Part shown: piece by piece, positions 36,833 to 41,148 of the stretch
Numbering within the stretch: the stretch's first letter is position 1
Layout: each line of letters starts with the position of its first letter
From: an uncultured Gammaproteobacteria bacterium
GTDB taxonomy: Bacteria; Pseudomonadota; Gammaproteobacteria; HK1
Assembly (NCBI GenBank): GCA_965364645.1
Contig: CBDTYP010000001.1
Coordinates: 1-41,148 of the forward strand
Direction of reading: 5' to 3'
DNA length: 41,148 bases
Translations under genes and position numbers: made by a program
The notes under the pieces: generated by a model
Seen by the model: only the letters and a program-made list of their open reading frames with translations
Database searches by the model: none
What the model was told of the DNA's origin: nothing

Positions 36833-38242
36833 ATGAGCGAGGGGGTCAGTCGCAACCTGCGGCTGGCACACAAATGGGCGGCTATCGCCGTCTGTGTGCC
36901 ACTGCTGATAGTGATTGCCACCGGCATTTTTTTGCAGGTGCGCAAACCCGTAAATTGGATTCAACCAAACTCTGAACGGGGCTCGGAGACTTTTCAGCCT
37001 CGATTAACCCAGGATCAGATACTGGCAGCCGTACGCGATGTACCGCGGATGGAGGTGACCGGTTGGGATGACCTTCTGTTGACGGACTACCGTCCGAGAA
37101 AGGGCATCATCAAGGTAAGAACCCCCGGCCATCTGGAGACTCAGATAGATGCCGCCACCGGTGCTGTGCTGAAGACCGGCCAGCGCTGGAACGATATCGT
37201 CATGAAGATCCACGACGGTTCGGCATTCGGCGGCAGGCTCTGGCTGTTTCTTCCGGCCGGTATCGGCGCGCTGTTCCTGACGGTATCCGGGCTCTACCTC
37301 GGGTTCGTCGCCAGCGCTCGCCGCTGGCGACGTCATCGGTCGAAACGGCAGCGCGCGGACAAGCCCGTGAGCATGGCCCGCAAGCCGCTGAACCTCACCC
37401 AGTTCTGCTTCAAGTACCACTACTGGGCGGCGCTGCTGGTCACGGTTCCGTGGCTCGTGGTGATCGTTGCGGGCCTGGTGTTGCAGCTGCGCTACGAGAT
37501 TCCGGGGGTCATGCCCGAGCACAAGCAGGGTGTTTCCACCGTGCCGGTGCTCGAGTACCAGCAGGTGCTGGATGTGGCGAAGACCATACCGGAGCTGCGG
37601 GTGGAAGGCTGGTCGGATATCTGGCGGGTCTACACCTACCCCGGCAAGGGCATCATGGAGATCCGTACGAAGATCGGCTACGGCGCCCAGCTGGATGCCG
37701 CTACCGGACAGATTCTCGACGTGTACGCTCGCAGCGCGGATTTCTGGGAAGACGTCCACGAAGGGATCTTCGGGCGCCAACAGCTGAACGGCGTGAAGGT
37801 CTTCGGGGACAAGAAGACGGATCTCTCCTTGTGGTTGTTCCTCCCCGTGAACATCATCGCGCTGTTCCTGTGGTTCAGCGGCGTAGTCGTTGCTCTGCGC
37901 ACCACCGTCAGGAAGTCGGCCTCCGTGCCGAAGACCGTGCCGACGCCGGCCGAGTCCGCACTCGCGGCCGCCGCTTCGTCGTCGGCCCTGGAGCTTCTCG
38001 ACGAGGCCGCGACGCCTCGACAGGACGCCTATGTCCGCTTGCGCGATGAAGAGGAGATGGAGCTCGCAGAGGGTTTCCGTGAGGCGAGGTTGCTCGCGGA
38101 ACGGCGGCGCGCCGCCGCCATGCGGGTGCTGCGCCGGCACGGGGATCTCACTGATGCGGGCGCCCGTGCCTCCGGGCAGGCGACCGCGGGCAAGGGCGCG
38201 CGGCAGGGCCGCCGCGCGGGCTGGCGCCGCCGGACCGGCTGA
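36833..38242 (+). CDS. PepSY-associated membrane protein, internally duplicated (two TM-PepSY-like-TM modules) with charged C-terminal tail
   Basis: ATG after GGAGTCGGAGA. The first module (LAHKWAAIAVCVPLLIVIATGIFLQVR..DAATGAVL..HDGSAFGGRLWLFLPAGIGALFL) is repeated in the second (KYHYWAALLVTVPWLVVIVAGLVLQLR..DAATGQILD..HEGIFG..LWLFLPVNIIALFLW). Confidence 0.82.
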   Translation: MSEGVSRNLRLAHKWAAIAVCVPLLIVIATGIFLQVRKPVNWIQPNSERGSETFQPRLTQDQILAAVRDVPRMEVTGWDDLLLTDYRPRKGIIKVRTPGHLETQIDAATGAVLKTGQRWNDIVMKIHDGSAFGGRLWLFLPAGIGALFLTVSGLYLGFVASARRWRRHRSKRQRADKPVSMARKPLNLTQFCFKYHYWAALLVTVPWLVVIVAGLVLQLRYEIPGVMPEHKQGVSTVPVLEYQQVLDVAKTIPELRVEGWSDIWRVYTYPGKGIMEIRTKIGYGAQLDAATGQILDVYARSADFWEDVHEGIFGRQQLNGVKVFGDKKTDLSLWLFLPVNIIALFLWFSGVVVALRTTVRKSASVPKTVPTPAESALAAAASSSALELLDEAATPRQDAYVRLRDEEEMELAEGFREARLLAERRRAAAMRVLRRHGDLTDAGARASGQATAGKGARQGRRAGWRRRTG

Positions 38243-38253
38243 CACGACGAATC

Positions 38254-38280
38254 GGGCCCGCCGCAACTCGCGGCGGGCCC
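38254..38280 (+). terminator. Perfect 11-bp GC stem hairpin after the PepSY gene (terminator-like, no U-tract)
   Basis: GGGCCCGCCGC-aactc-GCGGCGGGCCC, starting 12 nt after the stop at 38242. Confidence 0.5.
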
Positions 38281-38355
38281 GACAAGCGTCGATTCGGTAG
38301 TATTCTGCCTCGGGCGTCCGTCTGAGACGCCGGTTCCGCAATCGAGGTAACTTCC

Positions 38356-39039
38356 ATGGCGACGCTCGGATTCGACGTGTACGGCACCCTCATCGACACG
38401 GCGGGGATCGCCGCTGCACTCGAGAGATACGTTGGCCCGCGGGCCGCGGACTTCGCAAGGGTCTGGCGAGAGAAGCAGCTCGAGTACGTGTTCCGGCGCG
38501 GTGTCATGGGAAGCCGGGCGGACTTCGCCACCTGTACCAATCAGGCGCTCGACTATTGTCGACTGCGCTTCTGCCCGGACATGAGCAACGCCGATCGCGA
38601 GGCTGTGCTCGGCACCTACCGGGAGCTGCCGGCCTTTCCCGACGCGGGGCGCGGCCTCGAGGCGCTCTCGAAGACCGATGCGCGCCTGTTCGCATTTTCC
38701 ATGGGGCTTGCCGACGACGTTGCCGCGTTGCTGGAGCGAGCGTCTCTCGATGTCTACTTCGAAGGCTTCGTGGGGCTCGCCGAGACGGGACTCTTGAAGC
38801 CGAGTCCCGATGCCTATGCCCACTTCGTGCAACAGACGGGGACGGCGAAGGAGGACGCCTGGCTCGTCTCCGGGAATCCCTTCGACGTCATCGGCGCCGT
38901 GTCCGCCGGCATCAACGGCGCCTGGGTCAGGCGCTCCGCCGACGCGGTGTGCGATCCGTGGGAGATCGTCCCCACCGTGACCGTCGACGCCATCGACGGG
39001 CTGGTCTCCGCCCTCGACCTGTCGGCAGCCGCCACCTAG
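38356..39039 (+). CDS. Haloacid dehalogenase type II (HAD superfamily hydrolase)
   Basis: N-terminal GFDVYGTLID (nucleophile Asp motif), LKPSPDAY, SGNPFDVIGAVSAGINGAWV. Confidence 0.85.
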   Translation: MATLGFDVYGTLIDTAGIAAALERYVGPRAADFARVWREKQLEYVFRRGVMGSRADFATCTNQALDYCRLRFCPDMSNADREAVLGTYRELPAFPDAGRGLEALSKTDARLFAFSMGLADDVAALLERASLDVYFEGFVGLAETGLLKPSPDAYAHFVQQTGTAKEDAWLVSGNPFDVIGAVSAGINGAWVRRSADAVCDPWEIVPTVTVDAIDGLVSALDLSAAAT

Positions 39040-39058
39040 GGGTCGGTCGAGGGTCGAT

Positions 39059-40327
39059 TCAGGGCCGGCTCCAGCGGGCGATATCCCTGTCCCTGGCATC
39101 GCGCACGTCCTGCATGGCGATGGCGGTGGCGATGGATTGGGTTGTGGGCTCCACCGCCGGGTAATGACGCTGTTCCTCCACCGATCTCGTCGCGCGCCGG
39201 GTCATGCGGTAGAGAGCGAACAGCGTGAGCAGCCCGTGCACGCCGCAGAGTGTCCACAGGAATCCCACGGACCCGAAGCGCGACATCAGCAACGCCGCGG
39301 CGACGGGGCCGATGCACGCGCCCACGCCCCTCAGCAGTACGATGGTGCTGCTGGCTGCCACCATCTGGTCGGCGGCAAGGTAGTCGTTGATGTACGCCAC
39401 GCACAGAGAGTAGAGGGGCAGGGCGAGGCCGCCGTAGAGGCACATCAGCCCCACCAGCATGGTCGTCGAGGAGTCTGCCGCGAAGGTGGCGGCGAAGCTT
39501 ACTGCTCCGGCGCATAGTGTCACGATGATGATGACGACGCGGCGGTTGACGATATCCGAGAGCCGCCCGAGGGGCCACTGCAACAACACGCCGCCGAGCA
39601 GCACCGCCGCCATGAAGTAGGAAACCTGCTGCAGGGACAACCCGATGTCGCTCGCATAGACGGCCGCCATGCCGAAGATCGCACCGTAGGTCATGCCGGT
39701 GACCAGGCTGCCGACGACGCCGAGCGGCGAGACCCGGTAGAGCTCGCCCAGGCTGATCTTCCTCGACGTTTCGAACGCCGGCGCGCTGCCCGCGGTGAGC
39801 GCGATGGGGATGAGCGCAACGGATACGAGCACGGAGACGAGGATGAACAGCATCGTGCCCGACGGGTCGGCGAGATTCAGCAGCAGCTGCCCGACGCCGA
39901 GCCCGCCCAGCGAGATCACCATGTAGACGGCGAGCAGCTGCCCCCGCGTTTCGTTGTCCGCGCGTTCGTTCAGCCAGCTTTCCGCCACCACGTAGAGGCC
40001 GGCGAGGGCGAAGCCCGAGGCGACGCGGAAGATGCCCCACGACAGGGGGTCCACGAGGACGACGTGCATCAGGATGGCCGCGGAGGCGAGGGAAGCGAGG
40101 GCCGCGAACACGCGAATATGCCCCACGCGCCCGAGTAGACCCGGCACCACCAGCGAGCCGAGGAGGATCCCCAGGTAGTAGCCGGCCATGACGATGCCGG
40201 TAGCCGACGTCGCGAAACCTTCCATGGTGGCACGCACGCCGAGGAGCGTGCTCTGCAGGCCGTTGCCGAGCTGAATGAAGGCGAAGCCGAGCAGCAGGGC
40301 CCAGGAGTGAGTGATGGCGCGGATCAT
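39059..40327 (-). CDS. MFS transporter (12 TM)
   Basis: 422 aa of alternating hydrophobic helices. GRLSDIVNRR-type loop motif between TM8 and TM9. The overlapping 593-aa ORF 39036-40817 is an Arg-rich shadow frame. Confidence 0.88.
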   Translation of the reverse strand: MIRAITHSWALLLGFAFIQLGNGLQSTLLGVRATMEGFATSATGIVMAGYYLGILLGSLVVPGLLGRVGHIRVFAALASLASAAILMHVVLVDPLSWGIFRVASGFALAGLYVVAESWLNERADNETRGQLLAVYMVISLGGLGVGQLLLNLADPSGTMLFILVSVLVSVALIPIALTAGSAPAFETSRKISLGELYRVSPLGVVGSLVTGMTYGAIFGMAAVYASDIGLSLQQVSYFMAAVLLGGVLLQWPLGRLSDIVNRRVVIIIVTLCAGAVSFAATFAADSSTTMLVGLMCLYGGLALPLYSLCVAYINDYLAADQMVAASSTIVLLRGVGACIGPVAAALLMSRFGSVGFLWTLCGVHGLLTLFALYRMTRRATRSVEEQRHYPAVEPTTQSIATAIAMQDVRDARDRDIARWSRP

Positions 40328-40363
40328 CGTGGCTCGCAGGCAGGTGGCGAGGATCTACTCGTC

Positions 40364-40999
40364 CTACGCCGTGTTGCGCCGCCGCCAGTCCTCGATGTAC
40401 TCGATACACGCGTCGGCATCGGAAATGTCCGCGTAGCGGCGGGAGACGTCGCGCAGGTTGTCCTGATGCGGTCCCTCGTCGTGATCGCCGACGCAGTCTT
40501 CCGGCACGATCGTGCGGAAGCGGTGGCTGAAGGAATCGACTACGGTTGCGCGAATGCAGCCACTCGTCACGCAACCGGTGACGATGACCGTATCGACCTG
40601 CTCCTTCACGAAGTACGAGGCAACCGTCGTGTCGAAGAATATCGAGGCGCCGGTCTTGCAGATTTTGACGTCGTACTCCGGATCGTAAATGCGTTCGTCG
40701 AGCTCGGTGCTGGGGTGACCGTGTATGAACGTCTCGTGGACCGCCTTCACCTTCCAGTACGGCATCTCGCGCTCGTTCAGGTACGCTGTGTTGCAGTTCG
40801 CGACCGGCACACCGCATGCGCGGGCCTTGTCGAGCAGACGCTGGGTATTCTCGACTCCTCGAAGGACCAACGGCGCGCCGCCGAGCGCGTAGGCGGGATC
40901 GGTGAACCCCACCTGGTAGTCCACCACGACGATACCGGGCTTACGGCCGAAGCCGATGGGGACCTGGGAGTAACTGCGATCATCGTAGACGTCTGTCAT
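40364..40999 (-). CDS. Isochorismatase-family cysteine hydrolase (N-carbamoylsarcosine amidase-like)
   Basis: Trimmed to the ATG at 40999 (MTDVYDD). Catalytic triad context: VVVDYQ (Asp), ICKTGASIF (Lys), VTGCVTSGCIRATV (Cys). Confidence 0.85.
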   Translation of the reverse strand: MTDVYDDRSYSQVPIGFGRKPGIVVVDYQVGFTDPAYALGGAPLVLRGVENTQRLLDKARACGVPVANCNTAYLNEREMPYWKVKAVHETFIHGHPSTELDERIYDPEYDVKICKTGASIFFDTTVASYFVKEQVDTVIVTGCVTSGCIRATVVDSFSHRFRTIVPEDCVGDHDEGPHQDNLRDVSRRYADISDADACIEYIEDWRRRNTA

Positions 41000-41148
41000 T
41001 ATACGAACCATCCTTCTCACCCGCGCCTGAGCGCATCATCTTAGCAGGACTTCGAGCGCGCGAGGCCCGTCTGGGACGCGCTGGCCGGGTGGACCACGCT
41101 CATGGGTGACGAGATTGCTCGAGATGAGGCTGTTCCGCCCCGAAAGCC

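Noticed and set aside
39036-40817. 593-aa minus-strand ORF spanning the MFS and isochorismatase genes
   Set aside because: It is Arg/Pro/Gly/His-rich with no TM pattern or motifs. The two shorter ORFs in other frames are clearly an MFS transporter and a cysteine hydrolase.
41021-41148. Possible partial gene at the right edge
   Set aside because: At least three frames across both strands stay open over these 128 nt with similar GC3 content. One is a minus-frame ending at 41036. One plus-frame reads QDFERARPVWDALAGW but has no upstream start. The sequence is too short to decide between them.

Overview
This is a GC-rich bacterial chromosomal segment, proteobacterial in style. It is densely coding, and I count 31 protein-coding genes. 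I found no rRNA, tRNA, CRISPR array, transposase, integrase or phage genes. All family calls come from reading motifs in the translations; no database search was run.

Gene content from left to right:
- A truncated fused 5-oxoprolinase.
- A cassette bracketed by two inverted TauD/TfdA dioxygenase paralogs. It holds an orphan secreted/membrane protein, a MacB-type ABC ATPase plus FtsX-like permease, a TAXI-like binding protein and a MaoC dehydratase.
- An operon of AI-2E transporter, TPR-methyltransferase and TauD.
- A divergent thioredoxin-like/DsbA-like pair.
- A PHB-depolymerase-family esterase with an odd basic N-terminus, and an EamA transporter.
- A solo amtB with a good sigma-54 promoter and a strong terminator hairpin.
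- A type I secretion locus: a modular RTX/PPC/cadherin-like substrate, a PrtD-type ABC and a HlyD-type membrane fusion protein.
- A minus-strand five-gene cluster centred on an N,N-dimethylformamidase large-subunit homolog. The other four genes are a methyltransferase, an MTH1187-like small protein, an orphan helical protein and a GFA protein.
- A lipoprotein with about 17 ankyrin repeats, and an SDR.
- An operon of periplasmic binding protein, hybrid histidine kinase and NHL propeller.
- A tandem PepSY membrane protein behind an AT-rich structured leader.
- A haloacid dehalogenase, an MFS transporter and an isochorismatase-family hydrolase.

Nothing here is recognisable as a known defence, CRISPR or mobile system. 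The best candidates for undescribed biology are:
- the DMFase-like cluster with its orphan 337-aa helical protein;
- the 577-aa orphan protein coupled to a MacB-type ABC plus TAXI binding protein;
- the giant ankyrin lipoprotein;
- the PBP/hybrid-kinase/NHL sensing module.

The co-occurrence of ANK, TPR, NHL and cadherin-like repeat proteins resembles host-associated (symbiont) genomes.
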